From contig NZ_LT906458.1 in assembly GCF_900187275.1 (NCBI RefSeq), positions 870,001 through 902,000 of the forward strand: 32,000 nt of DNA, read 5' to 3'. Both the position numbers and the translations under genes were made by a program. The notes below the pieces were generated by a model. That model was not told where the DNA came from. It worked only from the letters and a program-made list of their open reading frames with translations, and searched no databases. Shown here one piece after another: positions 10,210 through 19,074 of the stretch (within the stretch, counting starts at the first letter, position 1; every line of letters begins with the position of its first letter). This DNA comes from Pasteurella multocida (GTDB lineage Bacteria; Pseudomonadota; Gammaproteobacteria; Enterobacterales; Pasteurellaceae).

Positions 10210-11182
10210 AGCAAAAACTGGGGTTTTATTGGTGAATTTAGGTACACCAGAAAGCCCTACACCAAAGGCTATCTCTCGTTATTTATGGCAATTTTTAACT
10301 GATCCTCGTGTCGTCGATTTACCGCGTTATAAATGGTTTCCTTTGTTAAAAGGGATTATTTTGCCGTTACGCGCTAAACGTGTCGCCAAAAATTACGCTT
10401 CAATTTGGACCGAGCAAGGTTCTCCGCTTTTAACCATTACCCGAGAACAACAACACGCCTTACAAACCTATTTTAAACAACAAGAAAAAAATATTGTCGT
10501 TGAAGTCGCGATGACTTACGGAGAACCCTCCATAAAATCAGCAATGCAACGCTTATCCACACAGCAGGTAGATAACTTCATCGTGTTTCCACTCTATCCA
10601 CAATATAGTAGCTCAACTACAGGCGCGGTCTTTGATGCCTTTGCTCAAGTGCTAAAAACACAACGTGGTGTTTTACCCTTTGATTTTATTCATTCTTATC
10701 ATACCAATGAAGACTATATTGCGGCTTTAGTTACTACGATTCAGGAGCACTTCCAACCGGATGAGTTTTTGTTATTCTCTTTCCATGGCATTCCTGTGCG
10801 TTATGAAAATATGGGGGATTATTACCGCGAGCATTGTAAACAAACAGTGTTGGCTGTCATTGACCGTTTAGGACTCACCGAGAATCAATGGGGGCTTTCC
10901 TTTCAATCTCGCTTTGGTAAAGAAGAATGGTTACAACCTTATACAGATCAATTCCTAGCCCAAGCACCGAGCCAGAATATTCAGAAAATGGCGGTTATCT
11001 GTCCTGGCTTTGCAGCAGATTGTTTGGAAACACTAGAGGAAATTGAGGAAGAAAATAAAGAGATCTTCCTTGCTAATGGTGGAATCTCATATCGTTACAT
11101 TCCTGCGCTCAATGCACGCCCAGAACACATTCAAATGATGGCGAATTTGATTCTGAATAAACTCAATCAAACAAGTAAATAA
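10202..11182 (+). CDS. hemH: Ferrochelatase
   Basis: 326 aa; [63 protein letters not shown]. Confidence 0.97.
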   Translation: MNKAKTGVLLVNLGTPESPTPKAISRYLWQFLTDPRVVDLPRYKWFPLLKGIILPLRAKRVAKNYASIWTEQGSPLLTITREQQHALQTYFKQQEKNIVVEVAMTYGEPSIKSAMQRLSTQQVDNFIVFPLYPQYSSSTTGAVFDAFAQVLKTQRGVLPFDFIHSYHTNEDYIAALVTTIQEHFQPDEFLLFSFHGIPVRYENMGDYYREHCKQTVLAVIDRLGLTENQWGLSFQSRFGKEEWLQPYTDQFLAQAPSQNIQKMAVICPGFAADCLETLEEIEEENKEIFLANGGISYRYIPALNARPEHIQMMANLILNKLNQTSK

Positions 11183-11186
11183 CAAA

Positions 11187-11215
11187 AAAATCCCAAGTCT
11201 TTCACTTGGGATTTT
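11187..11215. terminator. Bidirectional terminator between hemH and selD
   Basis: AAAATCCCAAGT-CTTTC-ACTTGGGATTTT. Confidence 0.85.
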
Positions 11216-11231
11216 CACTTTGATAGTCAGT

Positions 11232-12332
11232 TTAAAGCACCGTGATTAAAATTGGGCTGTCATGTTCTTTGGCAAATAATCGCCCCACTTCAAATAATTC
11301 AATGCCGTCATCAGCAGCGATTTCCAACACTTGTTGTTCACTGTCTGCGTCCACCGCGATCAATAACCCACCCGATGTTTGAGGATCACATAAAATGGCT
11401 TTTTGTAAATCGCTCATTGCTCCAATTTTGTGTCCGTAACTTTCAAAATTACGTTCAGTACCGCCCGGAATACAGCCTTTTTCAATATAACGTTGTACAC
11501 CATCGAGTGTTTTTATCTTATCAAAATACACTTCGGCACGTACTCCAGAGCCTTCACAAAGCTCACTTAAATGCCCTAATAAACCAAATCCCGTCACATC
11601 TGTCATGGCGCTAATGCCTGCTATCTCAGCAAATTTTGCACCAATAGTATTCATTTGACACATCACTTCCGTTGCTAACCCTTGATGTTCTGCTTTCAAT
11701 TTGCCTTTTTTTTCCGCTGTGGTTAATACACCGATTCCTAACGGTTTTGTTAAAAACAATTTACAACCTGCCGTCGCTGATGCATTTTTCTTTACTTTAT
11801 CTGTGTTAATTATCCCCGTCACAGCTAAACCAAAAATCGGCTCTGGCGCATCAATCGAGTGTCCACCCGCTAGCGTAATCCCTGCCTGACGACAAGCAAA
11901 ACGCCCCCCGTCAACAATACGTTGTGCCACTTCAGGAGGCAATAATTTAATAGGGAAACCTAAAATTGCAATCGCCATTATCGGTTTCCCTCCCATTGCA
12001 AAAATATCACTGATCGCATTTGTTGCGGCAATACGTCCAAAATCAAATGGGTCATCGACAATAGGCATAAAAAAATCCGTGGTACTAATGATACCAATCC
12101 CATTACCAATATCATAAACCGCAGCATCATCTTTAGTTTCATTACCCACCAAAAGATGCGGATCTACCCATTTTTCCATGTCAGAGTGTAAAATCTTTTC
12201 GAGGACTTTCGGCGAAATTTTACAACCGCATCCTGCGCCATGACTGTATTGGGTTAAACGCACTGTACTAGCAATTGTGTCATTCATTTCCTGCTCAAGT
12301 GCGGTAAGATTTTGCTCAATTTTGGCTTGCAT
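11232..12332 (-). CDS. selD: Selenide, water dikinase (cysteine form)
   Basis: 366 aa; [12 protein letters not shown] catalytic loop, LGFGLLGH-type motif [19 protein letters not shown]. Confidence 0.96.
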   Translation of the reverse strand: MQAKIEQNLTALEQEMNDTIASTVRLTQYSHGAGCGCKISPKVLEKILHSDMEKWVDPHLLVGNETKDDAAVYDIGNGIGIISTTDFFMPIVDDPFDFGRIAATNAISDIFAMGGKPIMAIAILGFPIKLLPPEVAQRIVDGGRFACRQAGITLAGGHSIDAPEPIFGLAVTGIINTDKVKKNASATAGCKLFLTKPLGIGVLTTAEKKGKLKAEHQGLATEVMCQMNTIGAKFAEIAGISAMTDVTGFGLLGHLSELCEGSGVRAEVYFDKIKTLDGVQRYIEKGCIPGGTERNFESYGHKIGAMSDLQKAILCDPQTSGGLLIAVDADSEQQVLEIAADDGIELFEVGRLFAKEHDSPILITVL

Positions 12333-12401
12333 TTTCAGATCTCCTAACCAATAATCTAGTTTGATTATACGTCAGTTAAAGAAAAAAGACATTGAGAAAA
12401 C

Positions 12402-12476
12402 ATGATCAAGCGTAAACGTCCTACTTTGCAAGATATTGCAATAACTGCTTGTATTGTTAGAATACTAATTAACTAA
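12402..12476 (+). pseudogene. Candidate remnant of a GntR-type LacI-family repressor (N-terminal HTH only)
   Basis: ATG...TAA, 24 codons: MIKRKRPTLQDIAITACIVRILIN. The first 13 residues closely resemble the recalled E. coli GntR N-terminus (MKKKRPVLQDVADRVGVTKMTVSR) and the rest aligns gap-free with degraded substitutions. Adjacent to gntK. Confidence 0.6.
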
Positions 12477-12508
12477 AAGATGAAAAAACAATCTCATTTT
12501 TCATATAT

Positions 12509-13036
12509 TCATAACTTTTGAATTAAAGGAATCACTGCTTTAACACAACGTTCAACTATTTGTTCAAACGTCCCATCAATACTGATATGAATGACGTCTG
12601 GCTCATCTGCTTGGGGAATTTCCAATGTGTCAAATTGGCTTTTTAGCATTTCTGGTTTCATGTAATGCCCTTTACGTTGCTTCATTCGTTCTAAAACTAA
12701 TTCAAAAGGCCCATGTAAAAAAATAAACTTCACATCATTGCCATCACGAATCAAATCACGATATTGTTTTTTTAACGCTGAACAGATAATAATTCCAACT
12801 TCACTTTTCTGCTCCAAACTAAATGCCGCATCACGAATACGTTCTAACCAAGGGGCTCTATCTTCATCGTTTAATGGTATTCCTTGCCCCATCTTAATGA
12901 TATTAGCTCGTGGATGAAGATCATCACCGTCAATGAGTTTAATCCCTAAGCGTTGTGCGACAACTGTGCCAACCGAAGTTTTTCCTGTACTGGAAACACC
13001 CATCAAAATGAATCCTTTTCCTAATTTTTTTTCCAT
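12509..13036 (-). CDS. gntK: Gluconokinase
   Basis: 175 aa; P-loop LMGVSSTGKTSVG, LIDGDDLHPRANIIKMGQGIPLNDEDRAPWLERI, CSALKKQYRDLIR. Confidence 0.95.
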   Translation of the reverse strand: MEKKLGKGFILMGVSSTGKTSVGTVVAQRLGIKLIDGDDLHPRANIIKMGQGIPLNDEDRAPWLERIRDAAFSLEQKSEVGIIICSALKKQYRDLIRDGNDVKFIFLHGPFELVLERMKQRKGHYMKPEMLKSQFDTLEIPQADEPDVIHISIDGTFEQIVERCVKAVIPLIQKL

Positions 13037-13090
13037 TATTCAACTCCTTAGCAAAACTGATATTTACGGGTCAAAGAGACAGTATCTTAT

Positions 13091-14092
13091 CTATGCACTT
13101 TGTCTTCTCATGAATTTAAAAGGTAGCTCTATAATATTCTGTTGTGGCTTTTTACCTGCTAAGAATTGAATTAATATTTCAGCTCCTAATTTCCCCATAT
13201 CAAAACGTGGGGTAAAAATTGTCGTTAAGCTTGGATTTATTACTTTGGCAAAGTCCAAATCATTAAAACCAACAATATCAAGTTCTTTACCAACTTTTAT
13301 TCCTCTACGATTACATTCCATAATTGCCCCAGCAGCTACATCATCATTAATGAAAAAAATCGCATCTGTATCTGGCCATTGATATAAAATTTCAAGAACA
13401 GATTCAGCACCACTAGCAAAAGACGTTTTTCCTTGTATCCTAAAATAACGTTCTGTAGATAACTGACACTCAGTTAATACATCTTCCCATGCTGTCTTTC
13501 TTAAACATGCACGACTATCTAACCAAGAAGAACACAATGCAATATTCTTACGTTTTTTCTCTTCAACTAAAAACTTAATTAAATATCGTGCTGCCGCATA
13601 TTGATCGATACCGATGTTAGCAAGAAAGTTAGGTGAAGAATCAATATGCATAATTTCAACTGTTGGAATATTTGATATTTTCAATAAATCCATTGTTTTT
13701 TGAGTATGGAATGTCTCTGTTAAAATGAATCCATCCACATTTTGTTGCAGGTATTTCTCAATAATCCTTTGTTCTTCTAGAGGAGTATATGAAAAGTCAC
13801 TAATCAATAAATTATAATTCCATTGATCACATACTCTCTTTACCCCTTCAATCACTTCATTAAATACGTCATTACTAAACGAAGGTATCAATAACACTAT
13901 AGAGTTTGTGGATGACGAAGCTAAAGACTTAGCAATATTATTAGGAATATAGTTCATCCGTTCACACATTTTTTGTATTTTTTCTCTCATCTCATTTGAA
14001 ACTAAAGAAGGGTTATTTATCGCACGTGATACTGTAGATTTATTAACTCCTAATGCCTTAGCAATATCATCGATTGTGGTTCGTTTTGTCAT
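13091..14092 (-). CDS. LacI/GntR-type transcriptional regulator, probable regulator of the idonate/gluconate genes
   Basis: 333 aa; N-terminal HTH TIDDIAKALGVNKSTVSRAINNPSLVS, periplasmic-binding-like sensor domain; adjacent to gntK and divergent from idnD. Confidence 0.88.
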   Translation of the reverse strand: MTKRTTIDDIAKALGVNKSTVSRAINNPSLVSNEMREKIQKMCERMNYIPNNIAKSLASSSTNSIVLLIPSFSNDVFNEVIEGVKRVCDQWNYNLLISDFSYTPLEEQRIIEKYLQQNVDGFILTETFHTQKTMDLLKISNIPTVEIMHIDSSPNFLANIGIDQYAAARYLIKFLVEEKKRKNIALCSSWLDSRACLRKTAWEDVLTECQLSTERYFRIQGKTSFASGAESVLEILYQWPDTDAIFFINDDVAAGAIMECNRRGIKVGKELDIVGFNDLDFAKVINPSLTTIFTPRFDMGKLGAEILIQFLAGKKPQQNIIELPFKFMRRQSA

Positions 14093-14148
14093 ATGAATAA
14101 ATAAAAAAATATTAGGTAAGAGGTCAATATTCTATCTGAAATAACTTA

Positions 14149-14170
14149 TTTTTTGAAATAGATCACATTC
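14149..14170. promoter_or_regulatory. Candidate CRP-cAMP binding site
   Basis: TTTTTTGAAATAGATCACATTC resembles consensus AAATGTGATCTAGATCACATTT, with intact right half TAGATCACATT and left half TxTGA. Confidence 0.65.
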
Positions 14171-14215
14171 TAAATAAAATCTAATTGAAACTTAGATCTT
14201 AGGATATTACATTTA

Positions 14216-14229
14216 TGCAAGCGGTTGCA
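14216..14229. promoter_or_regulatory. Candidate LacI-family operator
   Basis: TGCAAGCGGTTGCA = palindrome TGCAA-N-CG-N-TTGCA with the central CG typical of LacI-family operators; ends 14 nt before the idnD ATG. Confidence 0.6.
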
Positions 14230-14243
14230 ATAGTGGGAGAAAT

Positions 14244-15266
14244 ATGATGAAACATTCAAAAGTACCTTGTATCAAAGTCTCGGGTTCACATCAAATACAG
14301 ATAACAACGACAGAACTAGATCAAATATCAGCTAATGAAAAGCTTGTTAAGATAACACGTGGTGGTATTTGTGGCTCAGATATCCATTACTATCAAGAAG
14401 GTGGAATTGGAAACTTCAGTTTAAAACACCCTATGATTTTAGGTCATGAAGTAGTAGGTTATTTAGACAAAGAAAAGCAAGCGGTTGCATTAAATCCAAG
14501 TAAACCATGTTTACAATGTAAATATTGCCTTGAAGGTAAATCAAATCAATGTTTAAACATGCGTTTTTTCGGTAGTGCAATGCTCACTCCACATGTAGAC
14601 GGAGGTTTTGCTAAATATATTGTTGTTAGAGATGATCAAGTTATTCCTTATGACCCTCAAATATCTTCTAAAGTCATGGTTTTTGCAGAACCACTTGCAG
14701 TAGCAATCCATGCAATCAATCAGGCAGGTTCTCTCATCGGAAAAAAAGTTCTCATTACAGGAGTTGGACCTATTGGGTCATTAGTCGTTGCGGCTTGTAA
14801 ACAGGCAGGTGCTGTTGAAATCATCGCATCTGATATACAAGAGTCCTGTAGACAAAGTGCAGTAAAAATGGGAGCAACTTCGACTATCAAGCCATTAGAA
14901 GACAATACGCACTATTTTCAAAATAAAGGCTACTTTGATGTTACATTCGAGGCATCTGGATCTAATGAAGCAATCAATTTTGCCATTGATGCTACAAAAG
15001 CAACAGGCACCATTATTCAAATAGGCATGTCAAAAAATAATGTTTCAATACCTTTAACTAAATTTTTAGCTAAAGAAATTACTTATAAAGGTGCGTTTCG
15101 TTTTACTGAAGAATTCAATATTGCTGTGCGTTGGTTAGAACTTGGATTGATTGATCCTCTACCATTATTATCTCATGAGTTCCCATACCAAGAAGCAGAA
15201 AAAGCTCTACAAATAGCAAGTGATAAAAATGTAGCAATTAAAGTTCAACTTAATTTTGAGGAATAA
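14244..15266 (+). CDS. idnD: L-idonate 5-dehydrogenase (zinc MDR family)
   Basis: 340 aa; ITRGGICGSDIHYYQEG, ILGHEVVG, CKYCLEGKSNQCLNMRFFGSAM, HVDGGFAKY resemble E. coli IdnD. Start could be the second Met at 14247. Confidence 0.88.
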   Translation: MMKHSKVPCIKVSGSHQIQITTTELDQISANEKLVKITRGGICGSDIHYYQEGGIGNFSLKHPMILGHEVVGYLDKEKQAVALNPSKPCLQCKYCLEGKSNQCLNMRFFGSAMLTPHVDGGFAKYIVVRDDQVIPYDPQISSKVMVFAEPLAVAIHAINQAGSLIGKKVLITGVGPIGSLVVAACKQAGAVEIIASDIQESCRQSAVKMGATSTIKPLEDNTHYFQNKGYFDVTFEASGSNEAINFAIDATKATGTIIQIGMSKNNVSIPLTKFLAKEITYKGAFRFTEEFNIAVRWLELGLIDPLPLLSHEFPYQEAEKALQIASDKNVAIKVQLNFEE

Positions 15267-15268
15267 TT

Positions 15269-16036
15269 ATGCAAAACAATTTATTTGACTTACACGGCAA
15301 ACGAGCACTGATTACAGGGGCTGCACAAGGAATTGGTTTTTTGCTTGCTAATGGTTTAGCTGAATATGGTGCAGAAATTATTGTAAATGATATCACATCA
15401 GAAAAAACACTCTCTGCAGTAGAAAAATTACGTAACAAAGGATTCACGGCTTATTCTGTACCTTTTGATGTGACAAAAAAAAGTGAGATTGAAAAAAACA
15501 TATCCTTCATTGAAGAAGAAATCGGTCCAATTGATATTTTAATTAATAATGCTGGAATACAACGCCGGTATCCTATTTTAGATTTCCCTGAAAAAGATTG
15601 GGATGATGTTATCAACATCAATCAAAAAGCTGTTTTTTTGATGATTCAAGAAGTTGGTAAACATATGGTTAAACGTCGAACAGGAAAAATCATTAATATT
15701 TGTTCAATGCAAAGTGAATTAGGAAGAGACACAATAACACCTTATGCGGCATCAAAGGGAGCAGTAAAAATGTTAACAAGAGGGGCTTGCGTTGAACTAG
15801 CTCGCTATAACATCCAAGTTAATGGAATTGCTCCAGGTTATTTCAAAACTGAAATGACTAAAGCATTAGTAGAAAATACACAATTTACTGAATGGTTATG
15901 TCAACGAACTCCAGCTAATCGTTGGGGAGAGCCTAGCGAATTAATTGGTTCAGCCATTTTTTTATCTTCAAAAGCTTCTGATTTTATAAACGGTCATCTT
16001 CTCTTTGTTGATGGCGGAATGTTAGTCTCTGTATAG
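15269..16036 (+). CDS. idnO: 5-keto-D-gluconate 5-reductase / gluconate 5-dehydrogenase (SDR)
   Basis: 255 aa; FDLHGKRALITGAAQGIGFLLANGLAEYGAEIIVND, NNAGIQRR, YAASKGAVKMLTR, NGIAPGYFKTEMT. Confidence 0.88.
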   Translation: MQNNLFDLHGKRALITGAAQGIGFLLANGLAEYGAEIIVNDITSEKTLSAVEKLRNKGFTAYSVPFDVTKKSEIEKNISFIEEEIGPIDILINNAGIQRRYPILDFPEKDWDDVININQKAVFLMIQEVGKHMVKRRTGKIINICSMQSELGRDTITPYAASKGAVKMLTRGACVELARYNIQVNGIAPGYFKTEMTKALVENTQFTEWLCQRTPANRWGEPSELIGSAIFLSSKASDFINGHLLFVDGGMLVSV

Positions 16037-16057
16037 TTAACTACTAAGGAGTTATGT

Positions 16058-17071
16058 ATGAATATTAGAAAATCATTACTATTAATATCCCTAGCAAGCT
16101 TCATGTCACTTTCAGTTTCAGCTGCAGAAATTAATTTGAAATTTGAAAGTTCGAATTTTGCAGGAGAAAAAGTTTATGAAATCCAAAAAGAATGGACTGA
16201 CAATATTGAAAAAGCTTCCAATGGGAGAATAAGTATAGAGTTATTACCTCTCGACTCAGTCTTAAAATCTAGTGACATGCTTTCTGGTGTTCGAAATAAA
16301 ATTATTGATGGAGCGGTTGCAACAGCGGCAATGTATGCAGGCACTGACCCTGGATTCGGATTAATTGGTGATACTATTTCTGCTTGGAACCATGACGAAG
16401 ATATTTTAAATTTTTACTATAATGGAGGTGGTTTTGAAGTTGTTGATAATATTTTCCAACAATATGGTGCCAAACTCATTGGTGTATCAGTTACGGGAGC
16501 AGAATCATTACCATCGAAAGTAAAAATAGCTAATACTGAAGATTTTAAAGGTATAAAAATTCGGGCTCCCTCTGGTCCTATCCAAAAATTGTTTGCAAGA
16601 TTAGGAGCCGCTCCTGTTGGTCTTCCTGGTTCAGAAATCTATACTAGTTTAGAAAAAGGTATTATTGATGCTGCCGATTTCTCAACGTTTGCAAATAATC
16701 AAGCACAAGGAGTCCATGATATTGCAAAATATCCAATCTATCCGGGAATTCATTCTTCACCAGCCGTTCATATGATTATGAATCATAAAACTTGGAGTAG
16801 CTTAACTCCATCGGATCAAGCATTCTTAATTGCTTACTTTAAAGGGATGGCTCTCGATACTCTGACTCGTGCTCATTATGAAGATAAACTAGCATATAAA
16901 GAAGCAATTGAGAAAGGAGTACAACCAGTTTCTTGGAATCAACAAGAAATTACAAAAGTTCGTTCTATCGCTAAAGAAATTTGGCAAGAGATAGCTCAAC
17001 AATCTGAAATAGGTAATCAGTATTATCAAGTATTAATGAAATTCCTAGAATCTCAAGGAATGCTGCAATAA
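16058..17071 (+). CDS. TRAP transporter solute-binding protein (DctP family)
   Basis: 337 aa; signal peptide, DFKGIKIRAPSGPIQKLFARLGAAPVGLPGSEIYTSLEKGIIDAAD. Confidence 0.93.
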   Translation: MNIRKSLLLISLASFMSLSVSAAEINLKFESSNFAGEKVYEIQKEWTDNIEKASNGRISIELLPLDSVLKSSDMLSGVRNKIIDGAVATAAMYAGTDPGFGLIGDTISAWNHDEDILNFYYNGGGFEVVDNIFQQYGAKLIGVSVTGAESLPSKVKIANTEDFKGIKIRAPSGPIQKLFARLGAAPVGLPGSEIYTSLEKGIIDAADFSTFANNQAQGVHDIAKYPIYPGIHSSPAVHMIMNHKTWSSLTPSDQAFLIAYFKGMALDTLTRAHYEDKLAYKEAIEKGVQPVSWNQQEITKVRSIAKEIWQEIAQQSEIGNQYYQVLMKFLESQGMLQ

Positions 17072-17079
17072 TCGTCAAG

Positions 17080-17107
17080 ATGGATAAGACGATATCGTCT
17101 TATCCAT
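17080..17107. repeat. Perfect 28-bp palindrome between dctP and dctQ
   Basis: ATGGATAAGACGATATCGTCTTATCCAT; right arm ends three bases before the GGAG Shine-Dalgarno of dctQ. Confidence 0.9.
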
Positions 17108-17120
17108 TAAGGAGTAAAAC

Positions 17121-17660
17121 ATGCTTATTTCTAAATATTTATTATGGCTCTGTAATAAGCTAGATCAAATATTCATTAAAGTAGGTTATTACGTTTCTTA
17201 TATTTTTCTATTAGTTGTTATCATTGGTTTTTACGAGGTTGTTGCTCGGTATTTATTCTCTAGCCCAACACTTTGGGTTCATGAAGTAACAACATTTTTA
17301 ATAAGTCTATCATTACTTTATGGTGGAGTAGCTTGTTACGCCAGTAATAAACATATTGCCATGACATTTATTAGACAAAAATTACCTAATAAGATCAAAT
17401 GGTTACTAGAACTCTTAGTTGAAATACTTATTTTTATCTTCTTTATTTTGCTTAGTTACGGAGCATACTTATCAGCTAGAGAAGCATTATTTACTCCATC
17501 AGGAAAATTCAAAATGCAAACTTCTGGAAGTGTATTAGACATGCCATTTCCAGCAATTGAAAAAAGTTTCTTCTTTATTTCATGCCTCATCATTGTTGTT
17601 CTTTCAGTACTACATATATTCCGTCACATCTATACAAAATATCAGGAGGAATTATCATGA
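17121..17660 (+). CDS. TRAP transporter small permease (DctQ family)
   Basis: 179 aa, 4 TM segments; VVARYLFSSPTLWVHEVTTFLISLSLLYGGVACYASNKHIAM. Confidence 0.92.
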   Translation: MLISKYLLWLCNKLDQIFIKVGYYVSYIFLLVVIIGFYEVVARYLFSSPTLWVHEVTTFLISLSLLYGGVACYASNKHIAMTFIRQKLPNKIKWLLELLVEILIFIFFILLSYGAYLSAREALFTPSGKFKMQTSGSVLDMPFPAIEKSFFFISCLIIVVLSVLHIFRHIYTKYQEELS

Positions 17661-18982
17661 TAAGTGCATTTGGGATAGGTATTGGAACTCTTATTATCTT
17701 TTTAATGATGATTTCCCTTTTATTTATTGGAATGCCATTAGGTTTTCTCACTGGGTTAATCGCTTTAGTTATTTCATATCTTTGGTTTGATACTACCGCA
17801 ATAATGCAAATGATAGCTTCACGTGTCACTGATTTCACATCATCTTACACTTTTGTAGCTGTGCCTATGTTTGTTCTTATGGCAACATTACTTGATAAGA
17901 CTGGAATTGCTAGAGATCTCTACAACGCAATGCGAGTCATTGGCGGTCGATTACGAGGTGGAATTGCAATTCAATCGATGTTTGTTGCAGTTCTACTTGC
18001 TACGATGTCAGGTATTATCGGTGGAGAAACTGTTTTATTAGGCATGTTGGCATTACCACAAATGTTACGCTTAGGCTATAATAAAAACTTAGCTATAGGA
18101 ACTGTTGTAGCAGGAGGAGCATTGGGTACAATGGTTCCTCCAAGTATCGTGTTGATTATTTACGGAATGACCGCAAATGTTTCTATTGGAGAACTATTTC
18201 TTGCAGCAATTCCAGCCTCCTTACTACTTTCTACATTCTATATTTTATATATTCTAGTACTTTGCTACTTCAAACCTAGCTATGGCCCTGCAATGCCTAG
18301 CTCAGAAAATCATACATTAACGAAAGAAGATATTAAAAAAATTATTCATGATATTGCAATTCCAGTAGCTATCGCCACATGGATTTTAGGAAGTATTTAT
18401 GGCGGGATAGCATCAATCACTGAATCTGCCTGTGTTGGTGTAGTTGGGGTAATATTAGCAGCATTCTATCGAAAAGAATTAAATTTCAAAATAGTACAAG
18501 AATCACTAAAACATACAATCAATACTGTTGGTATGATAATCTGGGTCGGCATTGGCGCAACAATGATTATAGGTATTTATAATCTAATGGGTGGGGACCG
18601 ATTTATAGCTAACTTATTCGCTAGCTTAGATGCCTCTCCAATTTATACTATCATTATTATGATGGTTATTTTATTAATACTTGGTATGTTCTTAGATTGG
18701 ATTGGTGTTGCCATGTTAACAATGCCAATTTTTGTGCCTATTATTACCTCCTTGGGATTTGATCCAATTTGGTTTGGTGTACTATTCTGTGTAAATATGC
18801 AAGTATCCTTCCTCAGCCCACCTTTTGGACCAGCAGCTTTCTATTTAAAAAGTGTTGCTCCAGATGGAATAGAATTAACTGATATATTTAAATCTGTATG
18901 GCCCTTTATTACATTACAGGTCCTAGTTTTAATTTTGTTACTCATTTTTCCAGAAATCACTTCTTTATTTTTGAGAAAATAA
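17657..18982 (+). CDS. TRAP transporter large permease (DctM family)
   Basis: ORF track starts at 17582, but ATG 17657 (MISAFGIGIGTLIIFLMM) has a good RBS (caggagga), overlaps the dctQ stop as ATGA, and gives a normal DctM N-terminus. Confidence 0.92.
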   Translation: MISAFGIGIGTLIIFLMMISLLFIGMPLGFLTGLIALVISYLWFDTTAIMQMIASRVTDFTSSYTFVAVPMFVLMATLLDKTGIARDLYNAMRVIGGRLRGGIAIQSMFVAVLLATMSGIIGGETVLLGMLALPQMLRLGYNKNLAIGTVVAGGALGTMVPPSIVLIIYGMTANVSIGELFLAAIPASLLLSTFYILYILVLCYFKPSYGPAMPSSENHTLTKEDIKKIIHDIAIPVAIATWILGSIYGGIASITESACVGVVGVILAAFYRKELNFKIVQESLKHTINTVGMIIWVGIGATMIIGIYNLMGGDRFIANLFASLDASPIYTIIIMMVILLILGMFLDWIGVAMLTMPIFVPIITSLGFDPIWFGVLFCVNMQVSFLSPPFGPAAFYLKSVAPDGIELTDIFKSVWPFITLQVLVLILLLIFPEITSLFLRK

Positions 18983-19000
18983 ATTCAACTTATAAAACAA

Positions 19001-19046
19001 AAAGACCGCACTTTCTCGCCTATGCTATCAAGTGCGGTCTGTTTTT
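19001..19046. terminator. Bidirectional terminator built from two inverted uptake signal sequences
   Basis: AAAGACCGCACTT (ACCGCACTT at 19005-19013) pairs with AAGTGCGGTCT (19030-19038) followed by a T-run; lies between convergent dctM and metC. Confidence 0.85.
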
Positions 19047-19074
19047 TTCATTTTTCTACTGGCACACAGTGCAC

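Noticed and set aside
17582-17656. Upstream extension of the DctM ORF (MPHHCCSFSTTYIPSHLYKISGGII)
   Set aside because: Lies in another frame inside dctQ; the internal ATG at 17657 has a strong RBS and a canonical DctM N-terminus.
17557-17838. Short ORFs 17557-17790 (+) and 17590-17838 (-) near the dctQ/dctM junction
   Set aside because: Overlap strongly supported TRAP permease genes in wrong frames.
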